From NCBI GenBank assembly GCA_963704685.1, contig OY969930.1, positions 1,245,423 to 1,309,422 of the forward strand: DNA of 64,000 nucleotides. The letters run 5' to 3'. Positions within the stretch are counted from its first letter, which is position 1. Each line of letters begins with the position of its first letter. The notes beneath the pieces are model-generated. The model did not search any database. It was not told where the DNA came from and saw nothing but the letters and a program-made list of their open reading frames with translations. The stretch comes from an uncultured Actinomycetota bacterium. Its GTDB lineage: Bacteria > Actinomycetota > Actinomycetes > Propionibacteriales > Nocardioidaceae. A program made the translations under genes and the position numbers. Shown here one piece after another: positions 1 through 9,508 of this stretch.

Positions 1-80
1 GCCTCGTAGCCGCCGGGGCCACCCCCGATGATGACGACCCGGTCGGTCGTCGGCCCAGCAGCCGGCCCAGTCCCTGTCAT
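1..80 (-). CDS. Partial (5' end) flavoprotein disulfide reductase, probably NAD(P)H-quinone reductase (Rv3303c/LpdA-like)
   Basis: Hand translation from ATG at 80 gives MTGTGPAAGPTTDRVVIIGGGPGGYEA, an FAD-binding GxGxxG motif. It runs off the window and starts 2 bp after the lpd stop. Confidence 0.7.
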   Translation of the reverse strand, partial: MTGTGPAAGPTTDRVVIIGGGPGGYE

Positions 81-82
81 GG

Positions 83-1471
83 TCAGAAGTTGATCATGTG
101 GCCGGCGATGCCGTGGACGGACTCCTTGACGGCCTCCGACAGCGTCGGGTGGGCGAAGATGTTGCGCGCCACCTCGTCTGCGGTGAGGTCCCACTGCTGG
201 GCCAGGGTCAGCACCGGCAGCAGCTCGGTCACCTCGGGACCGACCATGTGTCCGCCGAGGATCTCGTTGTGCTCGGCGTCGGCGACGATCTTGACGAACC
301 CGACGGCGTCGCCGAGTCCCTGCGCCTTGCCGTTGGCCGAGAAGGGGAAGGTCGCGGTCTTGACGTCGTACCCCTTGTCCTTGGCCTGCTGCTCGGAGTA
401 GCCGAAGGAGCCGATCTGGGGCTGGCAGAAGGTCGCCCGCGGGATCATGTCGAAGTTGATCTCCTGCGTCTCTGCGCCGGCGATCGTCTCGGCGGCCACG
501 ATGCCCATGGCCTCGGCCGCGTGGGCCAGCATCATCTTCGCGGTGACGTCACCGATGGCGTAGACGCCGTCGACGTTGGTGCGACCCCGGCCGTCGACCT
601 TGATCGCACCCCGCTCGGTGAGCTCGACACCGGCCGCCTCGAGGCCGTAGCCCTCGACCCGGGGAGCGAAGCCGATCGCCTGGAGCACCTTGTCGGCCTC
701 GAGGACCTCGGTGGTGCCGTCCTTGCTGACGGTGACCTTGACCTTCTCGCCGCTGTCGTCGATCGACTCGACCTTGGTCGAGAGCAGCACCTTCACGCCG
801 AGCTTCTTGTAGTGCTTGAGGAGCTCCTTGGACACGTCGGCGTCCTCGGTGGGCACCATCCGGTCGAGGAACTCCACGATGGTGACGTCGACACCGAAGT
901 TCTTCATCACGTAGGCGAACTCGACGCCGATGGCCCCCGAGCCCGCGATGATGATCGACTCCGGGAGCTGCTCGTCGAGGATCTGCTCCTCGTAGGTCAC
1001 CACCCGCTCGCTGAGCGAGGTGCCGGGGATCAGCCGGGTCTGCGCGCCCGTCGCGATGATCAGGTTGTCGCAGGTGTGGGTGGTCTTGGTGCCGGCGCTG
1101 TCGACCTCGATCTCCGTGGGGCTCTTGATCGTGCCCCACCCGTCGATCTCGGTGATCTTGTTCTTCTTCATCAGGAAGTGGACACCCTTGACGATGCCGG
1201 CCGAGACCTGACGGCTGCGCTGGTGGGTGGGGGCGTAGGCCATGGTGGCGTCGCCCTCGATGCCGAACTTCTTCTTCTCGTGGGTCAGCACGTGCGCCAG
1301 CTCGGCGTTGCGCAGCAGCGCCTTGGAGGGGATGCACCCGACGTTGAGACAGACACCACCCCAGTACTTCTCCTCCACCACGGCCACGGACTGGCCGAGC
1401 TGGGCTGCGCGGATCGCGGCGACGTACCCACCAGGGCCGGCACCAAGGACAAGGACGTTGAAGTGGCTCAC
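83..1471 (-). CDS. lpdA: Dihydrolipoamide dehydrogenase (E3)
   Basis: GAGPGG FAD motif, redox-active [14 protein letters not shown]-terminal HPTLSE; 462 aa. Confidence 0.95.
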   Translation of the reverse strand: MSHFNVLVLGAGPGGYVAAIRAAQLGQSVAVVEEKYWGGVCLNVGCIPSKALLRNAELAHVLTHEKKKFGIEGDATMAYAPTHQRSRQVSAGIVKGVHFLMKKNKITEIDGWGTIKSPTEIEVDSAGTKTTHTCDNLIIATGAQTRLIPGTSLSERVVTYEEQILDEQLPESIIIAGSGAIGVEFAYVMKNFGVDVTIVEFLDRMVPTEDADVSKELLKHYKKLGVKVLLSTKVESIDDSGEKVKVTVSKDGTTEVLEADKVLQAIGFAPRVEGYGLEAAGVELTERGAIKVDGRGRTNVDGVYAIGDVTAKMMLAHAAEAMGIVAAETIAGAETQEINFDMIPRATFCQPQIGSFGYSEQQAKDKGYDVKTATFPFSANGKAQGLGDAVGFVKIVADAEHNEILGGHMVGPEVTELLPVLTLAQQWDLTADEVARNIFAHPTLSEAVKESVHGIAGHMINF

Positions 1472-1565
1472 GACGCCAGCCTACTGACGTGATCACCCCC
1501 ACGCTCAACCCGGGACGGCCACGCTCGGACGACACCCGGGCCGCGGCTGCGGCTAATCTGCAGCC

Positions 1566-2018
1566 GTGACGCTCTACGCCGCCTACGGGACCAACCTCGA
1601 TCCCGCACGGATGGGCGAGCGCTGCCCGCACTCCCCGCTGTCCACGACGGGCTGGCTGCTGGGTTGGCGACTCACCTTCGGAGGCGAGGAGCACGGCTGG
1701 GACGGTGCCCTGTCGACGATCGTCGAGGACCCGATCGACCAGGTCTTCGTAGCGGTCTACGACGTGACCCGGGAGGACGAGTCCAACCTCGACGGGTGGG
1801 AGTCCGCCGACTCCGGGCTCTACCGCAAGACCCGGGTCCGGGTCGCGACCCTCACCGGCGAGATCGTGGTGTGGACCTACGTGCTCGACGCCTACGAGGG
1901 CGGGCTGCCCTCCGCGTCGTACCTCGGCGTGCTCGCGAACGCTGCCGAGGCCGCTGACGCCCCGATCGACTACGTGGCCGCCCTGCGCCGCCGGCCGTGT
2001 CGCTCGACGGGGCTGTAG
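1566..2018 (+). CDS. Gamma-glutamylcyclotransferase family protein
   Basis: N-terminal YAAYGTNL motif and LDGWE; TAATCT -10 lies 6 nt before the GTG. Confidence 0.85.
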   Translation: MTLYAAYGTNLDPARMGERCPHSPLSTTGWLLGWRLTFGGEEHGWDGALSTIVEDPIDQVFVAVYDVTREDESNLDGWESADSGLYRKTRVRVATLTGEIVVWTYVLDAYEGGLPSASYLGVLANAAEAADAPIDYVAALRRRPCRSTGL

Positions 2019-2055
2019 GAGCGCCTGGGGCTGGTGGGGCGGCCGGAGGGGCGGA

Positions 2056-2120
2056 GAATCCCCGGTGGACCGGGGATTCATGCGCTTGTCGGCCGTTGCA
2101 ACGGGCGAGAGGCGCAGGAA
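2056..2120. repeat. Left composite palindrome: hairpin A (2056-2079) overlapping degenerate hairpin B (2077-2120)
   Basis: A = GAATCCCCGGT-GG-ACCGGGGATTC (perfect 11-bp arms). B = TTCATGCGCTTGTCGGCCGTTG|CAACGGGCGAGAGGCGCAGGAA (22-bp arms, 4 mismatches). Confidence 0.95.
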
Positions 2121-2155
2121 AGGGCCGAGAAGTACGCCGGCGGCTCCCGACACCT

Positions 2156-3106
2156 TCAGCGGAACAGGATCCGCCGGATCAGCGCTGCCGTCCGCTCGGG
2201 GCAGCAGAGGTCTGCCCAGGTGATCCTGATGCATCGCCAACCTGTCAGCTGGCAGATCAGGGTTTCGCGCTCCTTCTCCCGGATCACGACGTCACTGGCA
2301 CGTTCACCCTCTTTGAGGAGCTTCTCGTACTTCACCTTGCCGTCGAACTCGAGGAACACCCCGAGACCCGGCCAGGCGAAGTCCACCCGCGCCACGACCC
2401 GTCCCGATGCGTCCTTGATCTCGTACTGCGGCTCCGGCAGGGGCAGGCTCTGCGCGAAGAAGAGGTAGAGGCTCCGGCTCTCGCCGACCGACTCGACCGC
2501 CGGGTTCGCGAGACGGAGAACCAGGTCCGTCGTGAGGGTGTTGGGCCACTGCGTCATCGTCCGGTATCGAGCGGCCAGCTCAGCGGGAGTGGTGAGGCCG
2601 ACGTGGAGCAGATGGTTGATCACGACGAGGCTGTGCTCGACGTCGGCGATCGTCGTGATCTCCAGGCTCAACCGCGTCGGTGACATCACCGCGACCCCGT
2701 TGCGCTCCACGACGTCGCCGGGCTCGACAGCGCCCGCATGTTGTCGGACGCCCGCCTCCTGGCGACCGATCCTGCCGTCCATCCGCGTGGTGTGGACGCT
2801 GTGCAACGAGATGTCCCACAGCGGTGCATCGAACTCCAGCGCCCCGCTCGCATGGGACAGCGCGGCCTCGGCCACGGCCTGCTGGAGTACGGCGCGGGCC
2901 CGGACCGAGTGCCGGCCCGCCTCGTCCAGCCCCTTCCAGACGGGCCCGGACACGTAGGCGCCCCTGCGAGGTTTGGCAAGGGTGCCGTCCCGGACCATGG
3001 TGGCCAGCGCACGATCGCTGTAGCCGTCGGCGACGTACGTCTTGCGCAGGGTGACGGGAGTACGTCGTGGATCGTCAGGTGGCCATTCGCGCGGGGGAGT
3101 CATCAT
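2156..3106 (-). CDS. AbiEi-family wHTH protein with C-terminal Vsr/DUF559-like PD-(D/E)xK nuclease domain
   Basis: N-terminal VRDGTLAKPRRGAYV, central LSHASGA and VMSPTR, C-terminal ESVGES..PEPQYEI..RVDFAW..LEFDGKVKY..GWRCIRITWADL. Confidence 0.8.
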   Translation of the reverse strand: MMTPPREWPPDDPRRTPVTLRKTYVADGYSDRALATMVRDGTLAKPRRGAYVSGPVWKGLDEAGRHSVRARAVLQQAVAEAALSHASGALEFDAPLWDISLHSVHTTRMDGRIGRQEAGVRQHAGAVEPGDVVERNGVAVMSPTRLSLEITTIADVEHSLVVINHLLHVGLTTPAELAARYRTMTQWPNTLTTDLVLRLANPAVESVGESRSLYLFFAQSLPLPEPQYEIKDASGRVVARVDFAWPGLGVFLEFDGKVKYEKLLKEGERASDVVIREKERETLICQLTGWRCIRITWADLCCPERTAALIRRILFR

Positions 3107-3158
3107 GATCGATCACCTGCCCGCCGCCGTCCGGCGCTACGCAGGCGGTCCGTCGGCC

Positions 3159-3167
3159 TGTGGACAA
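3159..3167 (-). promoter_or_regulatory. DnaA-box-like 9-mer TTGTCCACA
   Basis: Exact match to the actinobacterial TT(G/A)TCCACA consensus, 52 bp upstream of the AbiEi-like start. Confidence 0.5.
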
Positions 3168-3204
3168 CAGGTTCGGCGGCTCGGCCACCGGCCTGGTCAG
3201 CCTC

Positions 3205-3269
3205 TTCATGCGCTTGTCGGCCGTTGCAACCGCCGACAAGCGCATGAATCCCCGGTGGACCGGGGATTC
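3205..3269. repeat. Right composite palindrome: hairpin B (3205-3248) overlapping hairpin A (3246-3269)
   Basis: B = TTCATGCGCTTGTCGGCCGTTG|CAACCGCCGACAAGCGCATGAA (1 mismatch). A is identical to the left copy. Confidence 0.95.
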
Positions 3270-3310
3270 CGCGGCTGACCCCCGCGCCGCGCCGCACTAG
3301 AGTCCTCGGC

Positions 3311-4114
3311 GTGAACGACGTGCAGAGTCCCTACGCCCTGGCCACCGAGGCAGCCGAGCGGCTCGCCGAGCTCACCGGGGTGGCCCGGCACGACGTCGCC
3401 CTGGTGCTCGGATCGGGCTGGCTGCCCGCCGTCGACGCCCTCGGCGAGGCGACCGCGGAGATCGCGACCACCGACCTGCCGGGGTTCTCCGCGGCAGCGG
3501 TCGTGGGCCACTCCGGCAGGATCCGCTCGGTCCGCGCCGGAGACCGCAACCTGCTGGTCTTCCTCAGCCGCACCCACTTCTACGAGGGCAAGGGCGTCGC
3601 GGCGGTCGTGCACGGCGTGCGTACGGCGGCCGCCGCCGGGTGCGCGTCCATCGTGCTGACCAACGGCTGCGGTGGTCTGAAGGAGTCGTGGACACCGGGC
3701 ACCCCGGTGCTGATCAGCGACCACATCAACCTGACAGGCCGCTCCCCCATCGAGGGCGCGAACTTCGTCGACCTCACCGACCTCTACAGCTCCCGGCTGC
3801 GCACCATGTGCCGCGAGGTCGACCCGAGCCTCGACGAGGGCGTCTACGTGCAGTTCCCCGGACCCCACTACGAGACTCCTGCCGAGGTCCGGATGGCTGG
3901 CATCCTGGGCGGCCACCTGGTCGGCATGAGCACCACCCTCGAGGCGATCGCTGCCCGTGAGGCCGGCATGGAGGTGCTGGGCATCAGCCTGGTCACCAAC
4001 CTGGCCGCGGGCATCAGCGACCAGCCGCTCAACCATGCTGAGGTGCTCGAGGCCGGTCGCGCCGCCGCCTCGCGGATGGGCGACCTGCTCGGCCGGATCG
4101 TGCCTCGCATCTGA
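3311..4114 (+). CDS. punA: Purine nucleoside phosphorylase (trimeric type)
   Basis: LVLGSG, RTHFYEG, TNGCGG, GPHYETPAE, VGMSTTLE, VTNLAAG motifs. Confidence 0.95.
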   Translation: MNDVQSPYALATEAAERLAELTGVARHDVALVLGSGWLPAVDALGEATAEIATTDLPGFSAAAVVGHSGRIRSVRAGDRNLLVFLSRTHFYEGKGVAAVVHGVRTAAAAGCASIVLTNGCGGLKESWTPGTPVLISDHINLTGRSPIEGANFVDLTDLYSSRLRTMCREVDPSLDEGVYVQFPGPHYETPAEVRMAGILGGHLVGMSTTLEAIAAREAGMEVLGISLVTNLAAGISDQPLNHAEVLEAGRAAASRMGDLLGRIVPRI

Positions 4115-4184
4115 CGTAGCCTCTCCACGTGCCCCGCAACACCGGGCCTCGCGGCGTACTCCCGCTGACAGCTACGGTGGCCAG

Positions 4185-4637
4185 ATGGTCACCTGGCAGC
4201 TCACCATCGATGCCCGCGACCCGGCGACGCTGGTCCGGTTCTGGGCCCCCCTCCTCGACTACGTCGTCCAGGCGCCGCCACCCGGCTTCGAGAGCTGGCG
4301 GGAGTGGTACCGCTCGGTCGGCGTCCCGGAGGACGAGCTCGAGGGCACCGACGAGGAGCTCTACGACCGGATCGAGGACCCCACTGGCGACGGCCCGCGG
4401 ATCTGGTTCCAACCGGTGCCGGAGGCCAAGTCGGTCAAGAACCGCTTCCACCTCGACCTCTACCCGACCGGCCGGGACCGCTCGCTCCCCATCGAACGAC
4501 GTCGCGAGCTGGTCGACGCCAAGGTGGCCGAGGCGGTCGCGGCGGGAGGCTCCGTGCGGAGCACCCCGCCGGCCGGGACCGACCACTATGCCGTGGGCAT
4601 GTACGACCCCGAGGGCAACGAGTTCTGCATCGCCTGA
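4185..4637 (+). CDS. VOC/glyoxalase family protein
   Basis: TIDARDP..FWA, FQPVPEAKSVKNRFHLDL, DPEGNEFC. Start moved to ATG 4185, which has TACGGT -10 6 nt upstream. Confidence 0.85.
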   Translation: MVTWQLTIDARDPATLVRFWAPLLDYVVQAPPPGFESWREWYRSVGVPEDELEGTDEELYDRIEDPTGDGPRIWFQPVPEAKSVKNRFHLDLYPTGRDRSLPIERRRELVDAKVAEAVAAGGSVRSTPPAGTDHYAVGMYDPEGNEFCIA

Positions 4638-4642
4638 ACGGC

Positions 4643-7600
4643 TCAGCCGCTGGTGAGCAGCCCGCGGACCACCCGCAGTCCCACCGAGAGCCGGGCCAGG
4701 TCGGCCTGCTCGTCGGCACAGATCTCCTCGAGCGTCCCCGCGGCGCGAGGGACGAGCACGTCGTCGGCGTCCTCCCAGGCCGCGATCCGGGCCGGTGCCG
4801 AGTCCTCAGCCGCGGTCGAGGCCAGCACCTGCGCGGTGAGCTGGACGTGCACGGCATGCAGGTCGTCACGCAGCGCTGCCCGGGCCATCGTCTGCCAGCG
4901 GTCGTCACGGGGCAGTGCCAGGATCCGCTGCACCAGCGCCGGCAGCCCGAGCCGCTCGCCGAGTGTGAAGTGCACCCGGGCAACGGTCGTCGGGTCGAGC
5001 CCCTCGCGGCCGGCGACCTCCACGATGCCGAGCAGCATGTAGGCGGGCGGCAGTCCGGCGACCCGGGCTGCGAGCTCCGCCGACACCCCCTCGGCCTCGA
5101 GGCTCTCGCGGCGCAGGTGGTAGGCCGTCAGCTCGCGGCCCGTCATCAGGTCGGGCAGCTCGGCCATCACCCGCTGCACCGGCTCGGCGAACTGCTCGAC
5201 GGTGCCCTGGCTGTCCAGCGGCGGGCGCCGGTTGTTGACCAGCCACCGGGACGCCCGCTCGACGAGGGTCCGCATCTCGAGCCGCATCCGGGTCTGCACG
5301 CTGGCGTCGAGCTGGTTGTCGTACGACGCCAGCGCGGTGCGGACGCCGAGCGAGTCGAAGATCTCGCGGGCCACGAAGTTGGCGCGGGTGAGATCGCCGG
5401 CGCTGGCCCCGGTCTCGCCCGCGAGCCGCGGGAAGAAGGTGATCCCGGCACCGTTGACGAGGTCGTTGACCACCTGGGTCACGATGATCTCGCGCCGCAA
5501 CGGGTGCCGGTGGATCTGCGGCTCGAAGCCCTCCCGGACCGGTGTGGGGAAGTAGGCCCGCAGGTCGAGGTCGAGGTAAGGGTCGTCGGGCAGGTCGGAG
5601 TCGAGCAGCTCGTCGGCCAGCACGATCTTGGTCCAGGCGAGCAGCACGGACAGCTCCGGGGCGGTGAGGCCCTCGCCGGCGTCCAGGCGGCGGCGTACCT
5701 CCCGGCTGGCGGGCAGGCCCTCGATCTCGCGGTTCATCACTCCGTCCTGCTCGAGCCGCTTGATCCACTCCTCGTGCACGTGCAGCAGGGACGGCGCGTG
5801 GTCGACCGCGTTGGCGAGCGCGAGGTTCTGGTTGTAGTTGTCGCGCAGCACCAGGTCGGCGATCTCGTCGGTCATCGAGGCCAGCAGTGCGTTGCGCTGC
5901 TTGCCGGTGAGGTCACCGTCGGCGACGACGCGGTCCAGCAGGATCTTCAGGTTGACCTCGTGGTCGGAGGTGTCGACGCCCGCGGAGTTGTCGATGAAGT
6001 CGGTGTTGATCCGACCCTCACCATCGCCTCCGGTCCGGGCGTACTCGATGCGGCCGCGCTGGGTCAGGCCCAGGTTGCCGCCCTCGCCGACGCACCTGGC
6101 GCGGACCTCACCGCCGTTGACCCGGATGCCGTCGTTGGCCTTGTCGCCGGCCTCCGCGTGGGTCTCGTCGGCGCCCTTGACGTAGGTGCCGATGCCGCCG
6201 TTCCAGAGCAGGTCGACCGGCGCGGTCAGGATCGCGCGCATCAGCTCGGCCGGGGTCATCGTCGCGGTGTCGGCGTCGATGCCCAGGGCGGTGCGGATCT
6301 CGTCGTTGAGGGTGATCTTCTTCGCCGAGCGGGAGTAGACCCCGCCGCCCGACGAGATCAGGCTGGTGTTGTAGTCCTGCCAGCTCGACCTGGACAGAGC
6401 GAAGAGTCGCTGGCGCTCGGCGTACGACGTGGCCGGGTCGGGTGTCGGGTCGAGGAAGATGTCGCGGTGGTCGAACGCCGCCACCAGCCGGGTGTGCTCG
6501 GAGCAGAGCATCCCGTTGCCGAAGACGTCGCCGGACATGTCGCCGATGCCGACGCAGGTGAAGTCCTCGGTCTGGCAGTCGATACCGCGCTCGCGGAAGT
6601 GCCGCTGCACCGAGACCCATGCACCGCGCGCGGTGATGGCCATCGCCTTGTGGTCGTAGCCCACCGAGCCGCCGCTGGCGAAGGCATCACCGAGCCAGAA
6701 GCCGTAGTCCTGCGCGACGCCGTTGGCGATGTCGGAGAAGGTCGCGGTGCCCTTGTCGGCAGCCACCACCAGGTACGAGTCGTCGCCGTCGTGGCGGACC
6801 ACACCGGCCGGCGGCACCGTCGTGCCGTCGACGAGGTTGTCGGTGATGTCGAGCAGCCCGGAGATGAAGGTGCGGTAGCAGGCGACGCCCTCGGCCATCC
6901 AGGCGTCGCGGTCGCCGGCGTCGGGCAGCTGCTTGCAGTAGAAGCCACCCTTGGCACCCACGGGCACGATCACGGTGTTCTTGACCATCTGGGCCTTCAC
7001 CAGACCCAGCACCTCGGTGCGGAAGTCGTCGCGACGGTCCGACCAGCGCAGGCCACCGCGCGCGACCGAGCCGAAGCGCAGGTGCACGCCCTCGACCCGC
7101 GGCGAGTAGACGAAGATCTCGAACTTCGGCCGGGGCTCCGGCAGGTCGGGGATCGCCGAGGGATCGAGCTTGAAGGAGATGTAGGAGCGCACGCCCTCGC
7201 CGCCGTCGCGGCGGGGCTGGAAGTAGTTGGTGCGCAGCGTGGACCGGATGAGGGTGAGGTAGGACCGCAGGATCCGGTCGTGGTCCAGGCTGACGACGTC
7301 GTCGAGGGCGCTGATGATGCGGTCCTCGACCGTCCCCGCCCGGCTCTGGTCGGCGCTGGGGTCGAACCGGATCTCGAAGAGCAGCACCAGCAGCCGGGTG
7401 AGGGCGACGTTGCTGCGCAGCGCTCCCTCGATGGAGTCCAGGGCGAACGGCGAGCCGCCCTGGCGCAGGTACTTCGCATAGGCCCGCAGCACCGTCGCCT
7501 GGCGCCAGGTCAGCCCGGCGCCGAGGACCAGCGCATTGAAGCCGTCGGTCTCGTTGTGACCGTCCCAGATCGCCTGGATGGCGTCCTGGAAGAGCTCCCG

Positions 7601-9508
7601 GGAGTCGTCGGGGAGGGCCGCGCCGTAGCGGAGCCCGAACTCGTAGACGTAGGTCGGCCGGCCCAGTCCACCGAGCTCGTAGGGCCGCTCGTCGACGACC
7701 TCGACCCCCATCGACGACAGCATCGGCAGCACGCCGGAGAGCGAGAGCGGAGCGCCCACCCGGTAGACCTTGAGCCGCGCCTCACCGCGCCCGGCATCGA
7801 GCTCCTCGTAGAGCGACAGGTCGATCCCCGAGTCGTCCTCACCGACGTCCATCGACTCGATCCGGCCCAGGTCGATCGCGGCCACCCGAGGTGCGAAGTC
7901 CTCCTTGTAGGCCTCCGGGAACGACTCGAGGTAGCGGCGCACGAGCCGGGCGCCGACCTCCTCGCCGTACTCGGTGAGCACGGCGGAGATGAAGTCGTCG
8001 CGCCACGATCGCGAGGCGTCGGTGAGGAGCCGCTCGAGGGCGGCGGTGTCGACGGGCGCGATGGTCGCGCCCTTCGGGGGGTGGACCACGAAGTGCACCC
8101 GGGCGGTCGTGGACTCGGTCAGCCGCACCGTGAACTCCACGGTGTCGCCGACCAACCGGTCCCGGAGGATCTCGGAGAACCGTTCGCGGACCGCGGTGTT
8201 GTAACGGTCGCGGGGCAGGTAGACCAGCACCGAGACGTAGCGCCCGTAGGTGTCGCGGCGCACGAAGATCCGCAGCTGGCGGCGCTCGCGCGCGTGCATC
8301 GCGGCCTGGACCATCGGCGCCAGCTCGTCGACGCTGGTGTGGAAGAGCTCGTCACGCGGATAGGTCTCCAGCGTGTCCATGAGGGCCTTGCCGTCGTGGC
8401 TCTGCGGGGCGAAGCCGACCCGGTGCAGCACCGCCTCGGCACGCTCGCGCAGCATCGGGATCCGGGTCAGCGACTCGGTGTAGGCAGCGCTGGAGTAGAG
8501 GCCGAGGAAGCGGCGCTCGCCGACCACCTCGCCGTTCTCGAACTTCTTGACGCCGACGTAGTCGAGGTATGCCGGGCGGTGGACCGTCGAGCGCGAGTTG
8601 GCCTTGGTGAGCACCAGGACGGTCTTCTCGCGGGCCTTCGCACCGGCCAGCGCAGGCAGCTTGCCGGACCCCGGCGCCATGTCCTGGTCGGCGCGCAGGA
8701 TGCCGAGACCGGTGCCCGGGACACCGCGGAGCAGCTCGTCGTCGCCCTGGCTCTCGAGGGCGTACTCGCGGTAGCCGAGGAAGGTGAAGTGGTCCTCGGC
8801 CAGCCACTGGAGCAGGTCCCGGGCCTGTCGGACCTGCTCCGGGTCGACCGACTCCGGCGGGGTCGTCGCCAGCTCCGCCACGATCGCCGCTACCTCGGCG
8901 TGCATCTTCTCCCAGTCCTCGACCGACTCCCGGACGTCGCGCAGCACCCGCTGGAGCGACTCCTCGATCGCGGCCAGCTCGACCCCGTCGGGGATCCGGT
9001 CGATCTCGACGTGCATCCACGACTCGCGGACCGCACCCTCGGGGGAAGGCTCCCCCTCGACGACCGGGGTCACGGACTTCAGCGCGCCGGTGATGTCGCG
9101 GACCACGTCGAGGAGCGGGTGGATGACGAGGTGGACGTCGTGCAGCTGGCGCGAGAGCTCCATCGTCAGCGAGTCGACGAGGAACGGCATGTCGTCGACG
9201 ACCACCTCGACGACCGAGTGCCCGGCGGCCGACCAGCCGTGCTCGCTCGGCCCGGGGGTGAAGACCCGGACCCGGGCGGTGCCCTGGGGGCGTTCGCCGG
9301 CGAGCCGGTAGTGCGAGGCGAGTCCGCCGTACACGTCGGCGGCGGACCGGTCGCAGATGTCCTCGTCGGTGACTCGCCGGTAGTAGGCCCGGATCAGGGC
9401 GTCGACGGTCTCGTGCGGTGGACCGCCCGACCCTCGACCGCTCCGGGCGAGTTCGATCGCCTCGGTGAAGAGTGGGGACTGCGCGGACACCTGCGTCGTC
9501 GTTGACAC
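4643..9508 (-). CDS. gdh: Large NAD-specific glutamate dehydrogenase (~180 kDa class)
   Basis: 1621 aa; ARGGLRWSDR, KNTVIVPVGAKGGF, YLVVAADKGTATFSD, GIGDMSGDVFGNG, DNSAGVDTSDHEVN. Confidence 0.95.
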   Translation of the reverse strand: MSTTTQVSAQSPLFTEAIELARSGRGSGGPPHETVDALIRAYYRRVTDEDICDRSAADVYGGLASHYRLAGERPQGTARVRVFTPGPSEHGWSAAGHSVVEVVVDDMPFLVDSLTMELSRQLHDVHLVIHPLLDVVRDITGALKSVTPVVEGEPSPEGAVRESWMHVEIDRIPDGVELAAIEESLQRVLRDVRESVEDWEKMHAEVAAIVAELATTPPESVDPEQVRQARDLLQWLAEDHFTFLGYREYALESQGDDELLRGVPGTGLGILRADQDMAPGSGKLPALAGAKAREKTVLVLTKANSRSTVHRPAYLDYVGVKKFENGEVVGERRFLGLYSSAAYTESLTRIPMLRERAEAVLHRVGFAPQSHDGKALMDTLETYPRDELFHTSVDELAPMVQAAMHARERRQLRIFVRRDTYGRYVSVLVYLPRDRYNTAVRERFSEILRDRLVGDTVEFTVRLTESTTARVHFVVHPPKGATIAPVDTAALERLLTDASRSWRDDFISAVLTEYGEEVGARLVRRYLESFPEAYKEDFAPRVAAIDLGRIESMDVGEDDSGIDLSLYEELDAGRGEARLKVYRVGAPLSLSGVLPMLSSMGVEVVDERPYELGGLGRPTYVYEFGLRYGAALPDDSRELFQDAIQAIWDGHNETDGFNALVLGAGLTWRQATVLRAYAKYLRQGGSPFALDSIEGALRSNVALTRLLVLLFEIRFDPSADQSRAGTVEDRIISALDDVVSLDHDRILRSYLTLIRSTLRTNYFQPRRDGGEGVRSYISFKLDPSAIPDLPEPRPKFEIFVYSPRVEGVHLRFGSVARGGLRWSDRRDDFRTEVLGLVKAQMVKNTVIVPVGAKGGFYCKQLPDAGDRDAWMAEGVACYRTFISGLLDITDNLVDGTTVPPAGVVRHDGDDSYLVVAADKGTATFSDIANGVAQDYGFWLGDAFASGGSVGYDHKAMAITARGAWVSVQRHFRERGIDCQTEDFTCVGIGDMSGDVFGNGMLCSEHTRLVAAFDHRDIFLDPTPDPATSYAERQRLFALSRSSWQDYNTSLISSGGGVYSRSAKKITLNDEIRTALGIDADTATMTPAELMRAILTAPVDLLWNGGIGTYVKGADETHAEAGDKANDGIRVNGGEVRARCVGEGGNLGLTQRGRIEYARTGGDGEGRINTDFIDNSAGVDTSDHEVNLKILLDRVVADGDLTGKQRNALLASMTDEIADLVLRDNYNQNLALANAVDHAPSLLHVHEEWIKRLEQDGVMNREIEGLPASREVRRRLDAGEGLTAPELSVLLAWTKIVLADELLDSDLPDDPYLDLDLRAYFPTPVREGFEPQIHRHPLRREIIVTQVVNDLVNGAGITFFPRLAGETGASAGDLTRANFVAREIFDSLGVRTALASYDNQLDASVQTRMRLEMRTLVERASRWLVNNRRPPLDSQGTVEQFAEPVQRVMAELPDLMTGRELTAYHLRRESLEAEGVSAELAARVAGLPPAYMLLGIVEVAGREGLDPTTVARVHFTLGERLGLPALVQRILALPRDDRWQTMARAALRDDLHAVHVQLTAQVLASTAAEDSAPARIAAWEDADDVLVPRAAGTLEEICADEQADLARLSVGLRVVRGLLTSG

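Larger units (their letters stand above)
2056..3269. mobile_element. Putative REP/palindrome-bounded element carrying an AbiEi-Vsr-like nuclease gene
   Basis: Mirror-arranged ~65-bp composite repeats enclose one gene between two housekeeping genes. There is no transposase and no clear target duplication, so mobility is inferred only. Confidence 0.5.

Noticed and set aside
2056-3269. Repeats as a CRISPR mini-array or classical IS ends; gene as a complete type IV toxin-antitoxin system
   Set aside because: Only two composite copies, no spacer periodicity, no cas genes, no DDE/HUH transposase motifs, no clear target duplication and no AbiEii nucleotidyltransferase gene
4304-9505. 1733-aa ORF antisense to gdh
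   Set aside because: In-register shadow ORF caused by high GC3, which depletes stops on the opposite strand; no motifs or start signals
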